Assembly (NCBI GenBank): GCA_002722135.1
Contig: PBKJ01000027.1
Span: 6,968-70,967, forward strand
DNA: 64,000 nt
Source: Methanobacteriota archaeon
GTDB lineage: Archaea > Thermoplasmatota > Poseidoniia > Poseidoniales > Poseidoniaceae
Direction: 5' to 3'
Part shown: positions 1-11,200 of the stretch, piece by piece
How the letters are laid out: the number at the start of each line of letters is the position of its first letter
How positions within the stretch are numbered: position 1 is the first letter of the stretch
Notes under the pieces: model-generated
The model's input: the letters and a program-made list of their open reading frames with translations, nothing else
Databases searched by the model: none
What the model was told of the DNA's origin: nothing
Made by a program: the position numbers and the translations under genes

Positions 1-839
1 CCTTCGAACAAGCGAGCATCGACGAAGCCTACCTCGACGTGACCGAAGTCACAGGGGCCGATTGGGACAAGGCCTTGGCTTTGTGCGAGGGCCTGCAACG
101 TGAGATTGTTGACGCGACGGGCCTGACGGCCTCCTTCGGGCTTGGCCCGACGCGCCTGCTGGCCAAAATGAGCAGCGAGGAGCGGAAACCACAGGGCCTC
201 TTTCGCCTCATGCCAGGTGACGCATCTGCGTTCTTCGAAGGACGATCGTTGCGGGAAATCCCCGGTATCGGTCCCGCGACAGCCACCACCATGCAAGAAT
301 GGGGCGTTCAGACGGTGGACGAAGCCTATGGCCTCGGGGAGTTGGCTTTGGCCCGCATGGTCGGGCCACGGTTCGCTGCTTGGTTGATGGCGGTGGTCGA
401 AGAGCGCACCAGCGATGATGTGAGCGTCTTGCGCTCTCGAAAGTCCATCGGAAAAGAGACCACGTTCGAGCGCGATCAGCACGACGAAGAGCAGGTCCTT
501 GAGCACCTGCTTACCTTGGTCGAGCGGGTCATGGGACGCGCCTCCGAATTGGGTGTCGTTGGGCGCTTGGGCGAGGTCAAATTGCGCTACAAGGGCTTTG
601 ACACGCGCACGCATCGACGCTCGATACCTGTGGCCATGGACGACCCTTCGGTGTTCAGGAGCCTCGCTACGCGGTTGTTTGCCACGAGCCTCGAGCGCGA
701 ACGACCCGTCCGTTTGGTCGGCTTCCGCCTCGGGGATTTGGAGGACCCTCCAACGCGCCAGGTGACCCTTGAGCGGTTCAAGGCGTCCTCAAGCGAGTCG
801 GTGCATGGACGTGAGGACGGGTCGGAAGGCCTCGAGTGA
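1..839 (+). CDS. dinB: DNA polymerase IV (DinB/Dpo4, Y-family), 5'-truncated by the window edge
   Basis: The frame is open from position 3 (FEQASIDEAYLDVTE...). It carries the IDEAYLDV Y-family catalytic motif followed by a thumb/little-finger region. The GTG at position 39 in the ORF track is only an internal codon. Confidence 0.85.
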   Translation, partial: FEQASIDEAYLDVTEVTGADWDKALALCEGLQREIVDATGLTASFGLGPTRLLAKMSSEERKPQGLFRLMPGDASAFFEGRSLREIPGIGPATATTMQEWGVQTVDEAYGLGELALARMVGPRFAAWLMAVVEERTSDDVSVLRSRKSIGKETTFERDQHDEEQVLEHLLTLVERVMGRASELGVVGRLGEVKLRYKGFDTRTHRRSIPVAMDDPSVFRSLATRLFATSLERERPVRLVGFRLGDLEDPPTRQVTLERFKASSSESVHGREDGSEGLE

Positions 840-3281
840 ACCGGGAAGGTCCATGCCCTCGAGGGGTTGGTTCAACGCGATGCCTTGCTCCCGCTTCGTC
901 GACCACACCAGGCTGTTGAACGTGGTCAAATCACCGGTCAACTGACGCAGCGCATCGCCTTCCTCCTGCCCTTCGCCGAGTCCATCGTCGACGTGAGCGG
1001 GGTAGGCCCTCGCGTCAACGCACGAGGCGCCGTACACGGTGGTGGTGATGTGGTGGGTGAAGAAGGGGCAGACCGGCGTGAACGCGGTCAGCGTGTCTCG
1101 AACGACGCGGTGGAGCACCCAAGCCGCCGTGGTGTCCTCGTCGTAGAGTCGCGTTTTGACCATCTCGAGCCAGTGGCTTGGGAGCACGCCCGTCAGGAAA
1201 TTCTTCAGCGCTTGCGTGGCGGTGTAGATGTCCAAGGTCGCCCACGCCTCACGCGCCGTGGCCATCACCTTGTGGTGCTCAGCAAGGATCCATCGGTCTT
1301 CGGGCTCAAGATGTGAAGGAGCAACCTCGAGGTCCTCAGGCACGTCGAACTGTGAGGCGAAGCGTGCGACGTTGTAGACCTTGGTCAGCACGCCGAAGTA
1401 CTTCTGCTCGATGTCCTCAGGATTGATTTGAAAATCATCGCCGACTTGGGCGTCGCAGGCCTTCCACAAGCGGAAACATTCGCTTCCAATCTTGTTGGCC
1501 TTGAGGGCCACGGAGCCGTCGGGTCCCTTGATGCGCCAGCTGCCCGTTCGGCCACCGGCTCCACACTCGATGACGGAATCCGCATCGATGCCGTTGCCAA
1601 GCGATTTCGACATTTTCCTTCCCCAAGGATCCATGCCCAAACCGTCAATCCAGACGTGTTTGAACGCGGGTCGGTCAAGGAGAAGCGCGCTCTTGAGCAT
1701 GGTGTAGTACAACCACGTGCGCACAATCTCCTTCCCTTGCGGTCGCAGTGCGGTCGGGAAACACCGCTCGAAACGGTCGTCGTCCTCGAGCAGGCCGCTG
1801 ACGAAGAGGTTGGAATTCGAGGAATCCATCCACGTGTCGAACACCTTCTCCTCACCAACGACGTCACTGAGTTCAGAAGCGAGGTCGTCCCAGGTGCCGA
1901 GGAAGGTTCGGTCGTTTCGGTCGAGGACACGGCTTCCAGAAGGTGGGTCCTCGCGCCAGGGTTGCACGTAGGTTCCCTTCGGTGGGACGATGACCTTCGT
2001 CCCCGAATCCGCATACCAGACAGGAATTTCGGTGTGGTACCACCGGCGTCGGGAAATGGGCCAGTCGATGGAGATGTTGTCCATCCAATCCAGCAGGAAT
2101 TGACGGTTACGGGGCGGATGGAACTCCACCTCTTCGACGAGCTCCTTCAAGCGGTCTTGCATGTGCGTTTGCCGGACGTACCATTCCTTCAGCAGGATGA
2201 TTTCAACAGGGTTCTTGCCGCGCTCAGAAACGGGAACTTCCTGGTCTTTCTCGACCACGTTGGCGATGTTCCCGGTCGATTCCAAGTGCTCGATGGCGGC
2301 CGCACGGGCCTCGAGCACCGTCATGCCGGCGAGCGGCCCAGCGAGGGCGGTCATGCGACCTTCAAGGTCGATGGCTTGGAAGGGGTCCAGTCCCAACTCC
2401 CGGAAGACAGCGACGTCGTTTTGGTCGCCAAAAGAGCAGACCATCAGGACACCTGAACCGAACTCCATCTTCACCGAGGGGTGCGTGCGCACTTCGACCA
2501 CGGCCTCACGACCGTCTGTCGGCATGGGCAGGGCGAGGGTTTGACCGACGAGGTTGCGGTACCGGTCATCGTCAGGGTGAACCACGACCACACCGCACGC
2601 ACAGATCATCTCTGGTCGGGTGGTCGAGATGACCACTTCTTCCCCGTCTTTTGTGTGCCAGCGGACGTCCACTAACTTGGTTTTGCGCGTGACCCGCTCA
2701 ACTTCGGCATCGGCGATGGTCGTGCCTTCAACCGGGTCGTAGATGTTCGGGCGAAGGTCCTCGATCACGGCACCTTGTTCGAACAAATCGATGAAAATGG
2801 CCTGCGTGACGCTGCGGTAATCTGGGGCATCGGTGAGGTACTCTCGGTCAAAATCACAGGACAAGCCAACGCGCTTCGCTGTGGTTCGCATGGCTTGCGT
2901 GAAGGTTTCAATGGTCGAGGCGCACAAGTCCAGGAACTCGCCGCGGTCGTACGTTCGCATCTTGCGTTTCGTGTTCTTTTCCACGGTGAATTCGATGTTA
3001 ATCCCGTTGCGGTCGACGCCCCACGGGAAGTAGACTTCCTTGCCAAGCAGGCGTTGGCTCCTCGCGATGACGTCAATCATGGAGTATTGCGCGACAGCAC
3101 CGATGTGCCACGTGCCTGAGGGGTAGGGCGGCGGGGTGTCGATGACGAAAGGCTCGCGTTCGCTTTGGGGGTTGAAGGCATACCTCGCATTGTAGGCATC
3201 TGGGTCGCTGTAATGCTCTTCTTGGATGCGCTTTTCCAAGTCGATGCTCCACCGCTTCTCGTTGAGTCGTGGGGTGGGCAT
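789..3281 (-). CDS. leuS: Leucyl-tRNA synthetase, archaeal type
   Basis: Class I aaRS (LeuRS-type). The start was moved to the internal Met (MPTPRLNEKRWSIDLEKRIQEE...), which is the typical archaeal LeuRS N-terminus. The 3' end overlaps dinB convergently by ~50 nt. Confidence 0.9.
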   Translation of the reverse strand: MPTPRLNEKRWSIDLEKRIQEEHYSDPDAYNARYAFNPQSEREPFVIDTPPPYPSGTWHIGAVAQYSMIDVIARSQRLLGKEVYFPWGVDRNGINIEFTVEKNTKRKMRTYDRGEFLDLCASTIETFTQAMRTTAKRVGLSCDFDREYLTDAPDYRSVTQAIFIDLFEQGAVIEDLRPNIYDPVEGTTIADAEVERVTRKTKLVDVRWHTKDGEEVVISTTRPEMICACGVVVVHPDDDRYRNLVGQTLALPMPTDGREAVVEVRTHPSVKMEFGSGVLMVCSFGDQNDVAVFRELGLDPFQAIDLEGRMTALAGPLAGMTVLEARAAAIEHLESTGNIANVVEKDQEVPVSERGKNPVEIILLKEWYVRQTHMQDRLKELVEEVEFHPPRNRQFLLDWMDNISIDWPISRRRWYHTEIPVWYADSGTKVIVPPKGTYVQPWREDPPSGSRVLDRNDRTFLGTWDDLASELSDVVGEEKVFDTWMDSSNSNLFVSGLLEDDDRFERCFPTALRPQGKEIVRTWLYYTMLKSALLLDRPAFKHVWIDGLGMDPWGRKMSKSLGNGIDADSVIECGAGGRTGSWRIKGPDGSVALKANKIGSECFRLWKACDAQVGDDFQINPEDIEQKYFGVLTKVYNVARFASQFDVPEDLEVAPSHLEPEDRWILAEHHKVMATAREAWATLDIYTATQALKNFLTGVLPSHWLEMVKTRLYDEDTTAAWVLHRVVRDTLTAFTPVCPFFTHHITTTVYGASCVDARAYPAHVDDGLGEGQEEGDALRQLTGDLTTFNSLVWSTKREQGIALNQPLEGMDLPGSLEAFRPVLTSMHRLA

Positions 3282-3416
3282 CGCGGTCACCTTGCCCAGA
3301 GGGCGGTGTGGCCTCGGGTCGCATCTCTTCAAGCCATCCCATCCCATCGGTGTTTGCCGTGAACGGACACGCACCGGCAACAGACTTTCAAACGGCGTGC
3401 GCGGACCAACAACCGG

Positions 3417-6400
3417 ATGGGCAAGGACGAAGGGTTGACCGGCGGCGAAGCCGCCTCGGAAGGTCGGCTTTCCGCCTTGCGTCGTGCAGGCCGCGCTTCG
3501 ATGTCCCGACGGGCTTCAGAAGTCAGCGGTGCGGTCAAGAATTTCGATGCGAAGTCCGCGGTTGACGCCATGTTGGAGGCCCCCTCGAGCCTTCGTCGCG
3601 AATGGCAACGCACCGGCGCGATTGGGGCCATCACTCGATTCCCGCTGCTGACCGTCCTCGCTTTCTTCGCCATGACCCTGTTCTTCGTTTCGCATTCGGG
3701 TTTCCTTGACAACACCGGGCTGGATCGAGATCCAGACAACCCCGCGCTCAACGTCAACGGGGACATGGAGGTGTACTTGCCAGACGGGTCCGACGTCAGT
3801 GCGCTCATCGCGAAAGTTGAGGAAGACTGGACCACCGACGTGATGGTCATCTACATCGAGTCGAACAAAAACAACATCACCGATCAACGGATCCTCCAGG
3901 AGATCAGTTACGTCGAAGAGACCCTGAATCCCTACATTTCAGACGACGAACTCGACGACGTGATCTACATCCTGTCCCTCTCGACGGTCATCAAAGAGGT
4001 CAATTCCAGTGCGCCTCGTGTCCGCACGGCCCTCATCGAGGAACTTGGCGAGTCTGCATGCCCGCCAGACACGGACGATTGCGCCAGCAGAACCGCCGCG
4101 CAGGCCTTGAACGAAATCCTTGCATCAACCGACGTCGGTGCACGCGCCATTCCGACGCAGGGCACCATCGATCTCATCGTGCGTGAAATGTACGAAGACG
4201 ATGGATCACCGACGCCTGGCTTGGACAAACTCGCACGTAACACCAACCCGTGCACCCTTGCAGGCGGGCAGTGCGACAACGACGAGGATTCGCTCCTCGA
4301 CCGTGCCGTGATGGCCATCGCGGTCACCGAGAACAAACCTGCAAAGCAAATCATTGAGGAAACCCAAGGTCAGTTGGACGAGATTTCGACGAAAAATCGC
4401 CCTTGCCTGTACGACGAAAACGGGGATCCGAACGCAGAAGCAGGACTGTGCACATGGGATGATTTGGGGCTGAACATGACCCTGACCGGGCCCGTTCCCA
4501 TCACCAACGCGGTCACTGAGTTTTCCTTCCAGCTCTTTTGGGACATCTTCCCGATGGCCGTCGTCCTTGTCGCCCTTGGCTTGTTTGTCTTCCACTGCGA
4601 TTTGCTTCAGACTGGACTGACCGGCATCCGCCCCTTGCAGGGCATCAAGGTGGTCAGCATTGCAGGTCTACCGACCTTGTGTGCCGTCTTTTGGACGATG
4701 GGCATCTTAGGTTGGACGAATTTTGAGGTGACCATGACCGTCATTATTGTCGGGCCGATTTTGCTCGCGCTTGGTGTTTCGTACGGTCTTCACATCACCA
4801 ACCGTTACGCGGAGGAGACAGGGACGAAGCAAGAGAAGATTCGTGCGGCCATGTCCTCTACCGGTCGGGCCGTCTTCCTGTCTGCCGTGACCACCGTGAT
4901 CGGCTTCGTGTCGCTTGTTTTTACACCGATGGCGCCCATCCAAACCGTTGGCATCGCGCTGTCGGGTGGCATCGTTGTCGTGTATATCCTGACCATGTTC
5001 ATGGTGCCGAACCTCACGCTTCTGCTCGATCTTGAGAAGCCCAAGCACCCACCGCTCTCCGCCTTCAACGTCGTCGTCGAAGTTCCAATCCGCCGCTCCA
5101 GTTGGGTGTTGGTGGTGTTCTTTGTGTTCATTCTCGTTTCAGCGACGGTGGGCCAAGCCAACGTCGAGGAGAACATTGACTTGCTTGGTATGGCGCCGGA
5201 GGACGAGCTTTCGGTCATCAAGATGAAACAATACAGCGACGAATTCAATGCCGGCCAAGTCGGCATGGTTTTGGTGCACGCAAACGTGACCGGGAACATC
5301 AATGACGAAGATTCGAGCAACGATGACCCGGCAGCCATCCTCGAACAAATCGAGGTGCTCGAGACCAAGATCAACGAGGTTGACAACGCCTCGGCCGTGT
5401 CGATTGTTTTCTTGATGAAAGCCACGGGAGTAGCGGTGTCCATCACGGGAGCCCCCATCGCGGAATTCATTGACGAGACTCCCGGCATCCCAGATGAAGT
5501 CAAGGAAACCGCGACCGCCTTGTTGAATCAAGAAATCATCGCGGACGCATCGTTTTGGGACGTCTTGACCAATCCGTCGCAATACAACATGCCCGGTGAT
5601 CGCCAATCACAGATTTTCCTGCTGAACGTCTTCTATGCTTCCATCACCGAGGAGACCTTGCAGGTGTTCATCAACGAGAATTACGACCGGACGCTCATCC
5701 TTGTGGACATGCCCTTCATTCCAGTGGCGGACACCTCCGTCAGCGTCGATGAAATCAACATCCAAGCGGCCGCCTTTGCCGGTCCAAAGGGCGAGTATGC
5801 AGAAGACATCACCGGCGTGGCCGCAACGGCCATTGAAGTGAACCAGTTGATCGTCGGATCCCAATGGCAGTCGCTCGGTTTCGCTGTGGTGTTGACCATC
5901 ATCACGCTCGCGATTGTGTTCCGCGACGTCCGCTACTCTCTGTTGACCACCTCTCCAGTGATCGCCACGGTCGCTCTGCAGTGGTTGGTGATGTGGCAAC
6001 TCGACGTTCCGCTGTCGTTGGTGACCGTGATGATTGGGTCCATTCTCGTGGGCGTCGGTGTGGACTTTTCGATCCACATCGCGAACCGCATTCGTGAACT
6101 CGGCGGTGGGATTGAAGCGATCCGCACCGCTGCGGTCGGGACCGGTATGTCGCTCGCTGAAGCGGCCACCGTCACGAGTTTAGGCATGATGACGGCCTAC
6201 CAAATTCCGATTCCAGAAATCAAACCCTTCCTCACCGTGATTTTGATCTTGCTGTGGGTGGCTGCTGCAGGGGCCCTGGTGTTGCTGCCTGCCATCTTCG
6301 TGGCCTTGGAGAAGGCCGGTGTGACGACGGTGGGTGGCCACTCCGGTCTGGCGAACAAACTTGGCCTCGGTCGCAAGGCCGCTCCAGTCGAGGACGTGGT

Positions 6401-6443
6401 CTACGATGCCGTCATCGTGGAGCGCACCGGCGACGCGTGGTGA
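3417..6443 (+). CDS. RND-superfamily exporter (MMPL/SecDF-like, 12-TM with two large extracytoplasmic loops)
   Basis: Two hydrophobic 6-TM bundles (around aa 370-560 and 830-990), each preceded by a large soluble domain, which is the RND/MMPL topology. Which Met is the true start is uncertain. Confidence 0.7.
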   Translation: MGKDEGLTGGEAASEGRLSALRRAGRASMSRRASEVSGAVKNFDAKSAVDAMLEAPSSLRREWQRTGAIGAITRFPLLTVLAFFAMTLFFVSHSGFLDNTGLDRDPDNPALNVNGDMEVYLPDGSDVSALIAKVEEDWTTDVMVIYIESNKNNITDQRILQEISYVEETLNPYISDDELDDVIYILSLSTVIKEVNSSAPRVRTALIEELGESACPPDTDDCASRTAAQALNEILASTDVGARAIPTQGTIDLIVREMYEDDGSPTPGLDKLARNTNPCTLAGGQCDNDEDSLLDRAVMAIAVTENKPAKQIIEETQGQLDEISTKNRPCLYDENGDPNAEAGLCTWDDLGLNMTLTGPVPITNAVTEFSFQLFWDIFPMAVVLVALGLFVFHCDLLQTGLTGIRPLQGIKVVSIAGLPTLCAVFWTMGILGWTNFEVTMTVIIVGPILLALGVSYGLHITNRYAEETGTKQEKIRAAMSSTGRAVFLSAVTTVIGFVSLVFTPMAPIQTVGIALSGGIVVVYILTMFMVPNLTLLLDLEKPKHPPLSAFNVVVEVPIRRSSWVLVVFFVFILVSATVGQANVEENIDLLGMAPEDELSVIKMKQYSDEFNAGQVGMVLVHANVTGNINDEDSSNDDPAAILEQIEVLETKINEVDNASAVSIVFLMKATGVAVSITGAPIAEFIDETPGIPDEVKETATALLNQEIIADASFWDVLTNPSQYNMPGDRQSQIFLLNVFYASITEETLQVFINENYDRTLILVDMPFIPVADTSVSVDEINIQAAAFAGPKGEYAEDITGVAATAIEVNQLIVGSQWQSLGFAVVLTIITLAIVFRDVRYSLLTTSPVIATVALQWLVMWQLDVPLSLVTVMIGSILVGVGVDFSIHIANRIRELGGGIEAIRTAAVGTGMSLAEAATVTSLGMMTAYQIPIPEIKPFLTVILILLWVAAAGALVLLPAIFVALEKAGVTTVGGHSGLANKLGLGRKAAPVEDVVYDAVIVERTGDAW

Positions 6444-6481
6444 AGCGAGGATTCAATGACCGTGGGGGCTCCCCGCCAACC

Positions 6482-6967
6482 ATGAGATCCCTCTGGCTCA
6501 TGAAGTCCGAGCCCCACGTCTATTCCTACGAGGACCTCGTGGCTGACGGCAGGACGCACTGGGACGGGGTGCGGAATTACCAGGCAAGGAACATGATGCG
6601 CGACCAGATGAAGGTCGGCGATCTCGTGCTCTATTACCACTCCAACACCAAGCCTCCGCACGTCGCAGGGCTTGCGCGGGTGGTTCGTGAGGGCTATCCA
6701 GACCACACCGCATTGGATCCGAATTCCAAGTACTTCGACGCGAAAGCCACCGCTGAAAACCCACGTTGGAGCATGGTGGACCTCGCACCCGTGGCGGCTT
6801 GTCCGGAGGTTGTGTCTCTGGAGGCCATCAAGTCTGACCCGGCCTTCGAGGGGATGCTTCTGATCCGCCGCGGTCAACGTTTGTCGATCCAACCCGTGGA
6901 AGAACACCACTTCCGGCGTGTGCTCTCGCTGGCTGGATTTGACGTGGATGCCATGATGGAGGCATGA
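6482..6967 (+). CDS. EVE (PUA-like) domain protein
   Basis: MRSLWLMKSEPHVYSYEDL...VGDLVLYYHS is the characteristic EVE / thymocyte-nuclear-protein-like N-terminus. The upstream part of the track ORF (6254-6481) overlaps the exporter's 3' end and is not coding. The gene overlaps the next gene by ATGA. Confidence 0.7.
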   Translation: MRSLWLMKSEPHVYSYEDLVADGRTHWDGVRNYQARNMMRDQMKVGDLVLYYHSNTKPPHVAGLARVVREGYPDHTALDPNSKYFDAKATAENPRWSMVDLAPVAACPEVVSLEAIKSDPAFEGMLLIRRGQRLSIQPVEEHHFRRVLSLAGFDVDAMMEA

Positions 6968-8208
6968 ACATGGCGCACGATGAGGTTCGTGCTGCGGCCA
7001 GGGCCTTGTCCATCGAGTACGCCATTCGTGACGTCGTGGTTCCGGCCACGGCCCTCGAAGCCGAAGGCCATGAGATCATCAAACTGAACATCGGCGACCC
7101 CATCGCCTACCCCGGCCTTCCGACCCCTCAACACATGGTTGACGCCTATGTTGAGGCCGTTCAGCGCGGGAACAACGGATACTCGCCGTCGTACGGCCTT
7201 CCCGCGCTGCGCGAAGCGGTGGCCGAAGAGGAACGGAGCAAAGGTTGGCCCGCAAGGCCTGACGACATTTACGTCTGCCACGGCGTGACGGAAGCGCTGC
7301 AGTTGCTCTTTGCAGCGGTGCTCGAAGAGGGCGATGTCGTGCTGGCGCCCGGTCCGCATTATCCTCCATACATGGCGTATCCCCAGATGTACGGTGCGAC
7401 GACAATCGAATACCGTCTGGATTCCAATGACGGTTGGAAGGTTGATCTTGCAGATCTCGAGGCAAAGATGAGCGAGCACGTCCGATTTGTGGTGCTCATC
7501 AACCCGAACAACCCGACAGGAAATGTGGCCACGCCAGATGAGGTGGACGCCATGCTTCGTATCGTCAAGGCTTGGCCTCAGTGCATGATCATCGCCGACG
7601 AGATTTACGACGGATTGGACTTCACGGGCCATCATGTCTCTGTCGCGAGCCGTTCAAGCGACGTCCCGGTCGTGACCCTCAACGGCGTGTCAAAGGTCTT
7701 CTTTGCGCCAGGTTGGCGCATCGGTTGGTTCGGTCTTCACGACCCTTCCGGGACCATGGGTCAGGTTCGGGAGGCGCTTGAGCGCCTGCTTCGTTCACGG
7801 CTTTGCGCATCGACGCCAGCCCAACACGGCTATTTGGCGGGACTCACCGGAGACCGTGCCTGGTTGGGTCCTTACCTCGAGCGGGTCCAAGCACAACGGC
7901 AGAGGTGCTTGGATCGCATTGCCACCATCGACGGTCTTGAGGTTGAGGCGCCAGGTGGAGCGTTCTACATGTTCATTCGCTTGACCGATGATGCTTGGGC
8001 CAACAACGACAAGCAGTTCGTGTTGGATTTGCTCCACGAAGAACACGTCTTGTTGGTGCACGGAAGTGGATTCAGTCCTGACCGAGGCCAAGGCCATGTG
8101 CGGTTGGTGTACTTGGCCGACGTTGCAGTCTTGGACGAAGCTTTTGACCGCATCGAACGCTTCCTCATCCGGCATCGAAACGGGACCAAGTTGGAGATGG
8201 ATTCTTGA
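6964..8208 (+). CDS. Class I/II aminotransferase (alanine/aspartate aminotransferase-like)
   Basis: KLNIGDP motif, a PLP-dependent fold, and a C-terminal pattern typical of AlaA/AspC-family enzymes. Confidence 0.85.
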   Translation: MNMAHDEVRAAARALSIEYAIRDVVVPATALEAEGHEIIKLNIGDPIAYPGLPTPQHMVDAYVEAVQRGNNGYSPSYGLPALREAVAEEERSKGWPARPDDIYVCHGVTEALQLLFAAVLEEGDVVLAPGPHYPPYMAYPQMYGATTIEYRLDSNDGWKVDLADLEAKMSEHVRFVVLINPNNPTGNVATPDEVDAMLRIVKAWPQCMIIADEIYDGLDFTGHHVSVASRSSDVPVVTLNGVSKVFFAPGWRIGWFGLHDPSGTMGQVREALERLLRSRLCASTPAQHGYLAGLTGDRAWLGPYLERVQAQRQRCLDRIATIDGLEVEAPGGAFYMFIRLTDDAWANNDKQFVLDLLHEEHVLLVHGSGFSPDRGQGHVRLVYLADVAVLDEAFDRIERFLIRHRNGTKLEMDS

Positions 8209-8231
8209 GCAGGTCCTGACCCCATGCGGCC

Positions 8232-11200
8232 ATGAACCGTGCTCTAGCAATCATGCTGGGCGTGGTTTGGCTCGTCCCTGCGGCAGCGGCCCAAGTGGTC
8301 ATTGTTCAGCCGAGTGAGCCAAGCGCGGAACTCGCCATTCCCTTCAGCATCGCCATTGTCGCGGCGCTGTTGCTGTGGCGTTGGTTCGTGCCGCGACAAC
8401 TTGCATCGCTCCAAGTGGCCTTTGAAATCGACGATGATTTGTACGAAGTTCACAGGATTTCAAAGACGGTGGGGGAAGCCCGTGAGCTCCTCAGTGAACG
8501 TTCCGTCAGTCGGGGAGCGATCCTCTACCTGATGGGCATGACCGGAATTTTGCTCCTCATTGCGGAGCTGATGTTCGATCCGAACACCTTCTATCTGCCG
8601 AATCTGTACATCATCGCGCTGCTCGTCGGCTTGCCCATCATCGTATCGCCTTGGGAGACCCTCAACGCACAACTCATCGGTGTTGGAACCTCCAAGGTGA
8701 AAGCGGGCTTTGCTTCGAGGTTGAGTCGGATTACCACCCTGCCTCTCCTGTTGGCGGCTTTGGTGGGCACGGTGTTTCTCGGCCTTCAACTCGAGGGCAC
8801 GCTCACGCCTGAGTGGATCGCCATTTCTCTGCTGGTCTTCATGGGTCCGACCATCATCGCCTACGGTCGAATCATGGGGGCGTCGTGGAACGTGTTGTTG
8901 CTCAACAAGTGGAGGTCCTTCCGAGGCCAAACCACGCCGATTGACCCTGAACAGCCACGCTTCGTGAATCGCTTGGTCGCGATCATCCTCGTCCTGTTTC
9001 TGTTCACCATGCCTTTGACGGCCTTGAACGGCATCGTCACGGTGATTTACGTCGTTTCCGTGGAGCCCACGAACACGGAGGCCATGCTCAACTACGGGGG
9101 CATCATTGGTTATTCCATCTACTCCAACATCGATCTCATCATGGAAATCGTCGGCCAGTTGGAGGTCCTGAAGAGCCTCCCGCAGGTTCTTTCCTTGTAC
9201 CTCTCGCTCAACGTCGCCATCGTGGGTTTGGCCTTCATTTTCGAACTCACGAGGAACCTGCTCCTCGGTGGACAGTCGTTTGGCGGGTCGTTCGGTGTGC
9301 AGTTGGCTCCACCGCGTGACATCCGGAGCGAGGTTGGCGTGCGTGGGAAACTCGTGGCGTTTTGCTTTGCTGGCTTCTCGGGCTACACCGTGCTTCTGTT
9401 GCTGCTTGTGTGCTACAAGGAATTTGGTGACGTGATGCCATACACCGATTGGCTGGCCGCGCAGGCCTTTGACGAAGAAATGCGTCTGCTGACCACGTGG
9501 ATGTTCATCGCGGTTGGTCAGGCCATTTTCATGCTCACGTGGCTCGCCTCCATCAGCCAGTTCGGTCGTCTCCGAGGCCTTCGTTTCGACATCGATCCAG
9601 ATCAACGAAGGGACGGTGCGGTCATGCTCACCGAAGGCAACAACCTTCGGATGATGATCGACAAGGCGGCTCAGAACGATGATTTGGACATGCTGCGCCG
9701 CCTGCAGTCTGCTGAATTCACGGACGATGAAGCCCTGATTCGTCACGAGAAGGCACGCGCGAAGATGTGGGAACTGGCCCTTCGAGGTCTTTGGCCTCAA
9801 GCCTCAGAAGAGGCGAAAAAGGTGCTTGCACAATCAGGTGGAGACGATGATGAGTCTCGCCTGCTCCTGGCCGCTTCCTACCTCGCCAGCCGTCGTTTGG
9901 ACGCAGCGCGTGAGGCACTGTACGGCCTTGAGCAACCGGAAGGATATGACGAACCTGAGTTGATTTCGTTCTTGTGCGAATGGCTGGACCCTTGGCACGG
10001 TCGCGTGGACGAGGATGACCTGTGGGATTGGGAGAACAACTCCACCATTGACCACCTCCAGGACATCATGAAGATGCTCGAATCGTGGGACCCAAATCCA
10101 GACACCATGAACCGGCATGACGACCGCTTGTCGCGCATCGGTCGCATCTCACGTGTGGCCCTGCTGCGAGCCCAGCGTCGCCACAAGGAGGCACTCGAAC
10201 TCGCCCTTGACTGCGTTCGAGCTGATCCAACAGGCGTACGTCCACGGGTTGCAGTTGCCCTTTGCCTCGTGGATCAAGGCCGCTGGCATGAGGCCAGAAC
10301 CGTGCTTGATGAGTTGAACGCAAGCGATCCAAGCGACCCGCGTGTGAAGAGCCTCATGGCGCTCATGGGACACCATCCCGACATGGACGAATTTGAAGTG
10401 GCGATGGCCATGGAGCCTCGGGCAAAAGGACGGAATTACCTCGACGAAGCCCCCATCAACCCCATGGCAGGGGCCCTCATCAGGGGAGGTTTGGATGAGG
10501 CCTTGACCGCCAACGCCCTCATCGTCGCCCACGAAGCGGTCAGGCGGGCGGTCGCCCCAGGTCACCGAACCTCGGCGCTCACGTACCTGATTCACCTTGG
10601 GCTTGTTCTCCCCCTCTGGGGCATGGGAGCCGCCTATCTGGCCACCTTGCGAGGAACCACCGTCGGTTTGGGTGCGGCCTTGGCGTTCGGAGGCTTGCAT
10701 GTGATGTACATCCGGCTGCTCCAACAGCAACGCCACGTGGTGAAGCAGCGGGACCAGCGCATGATGATTGAACTCGGTCGACGGTTGAAGCGAAAGAAGG
10801 CCGTTCCAACGGACACCAACACACCGATTGGGACCCATCTCATCTTGACGGGTCTTTTGCTGACCGTCAACGGTGTCGTGCTTGACATTGGTTTGCCGGC
10901 TTGGTTGACGGCCAGAAACGAAGAGGTCTCGGACCGTTCCCTCCAAGCCCGCCTCAAGCGAAGGGCAGCAAAGATGGAACGGGCAAAATCCCCTCGGACC
11001 AAGCCGCTTGGCCGTGGATGGTGGCTCAAGCGAGAGGATCCGACCGACGGCGGCCCTGCCCTTGACGCGCTGATTGGGCCATCCGCCTACAGGGGTCGCG
11101 CAGCGGCCGAGGGTCTGAAGCAGAAACTCGGCGGCAGCGTCAGCGGTGGGCCACCTCGTCGTCTCTCGGTTTCCGACTTGGACATGGCCGGTCGAGGTGC

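Noticed and set aside
6254-6481. A 5' extension of the EVE ORF (MGGCCRGPGV...) overlapping the exporter gene's 3' end.
   Set aside because: It is a Gly/Arg-rich frame-overlap artefact. The conserved EVE N-terminus starts at MRSLWLMKSEPHVY.
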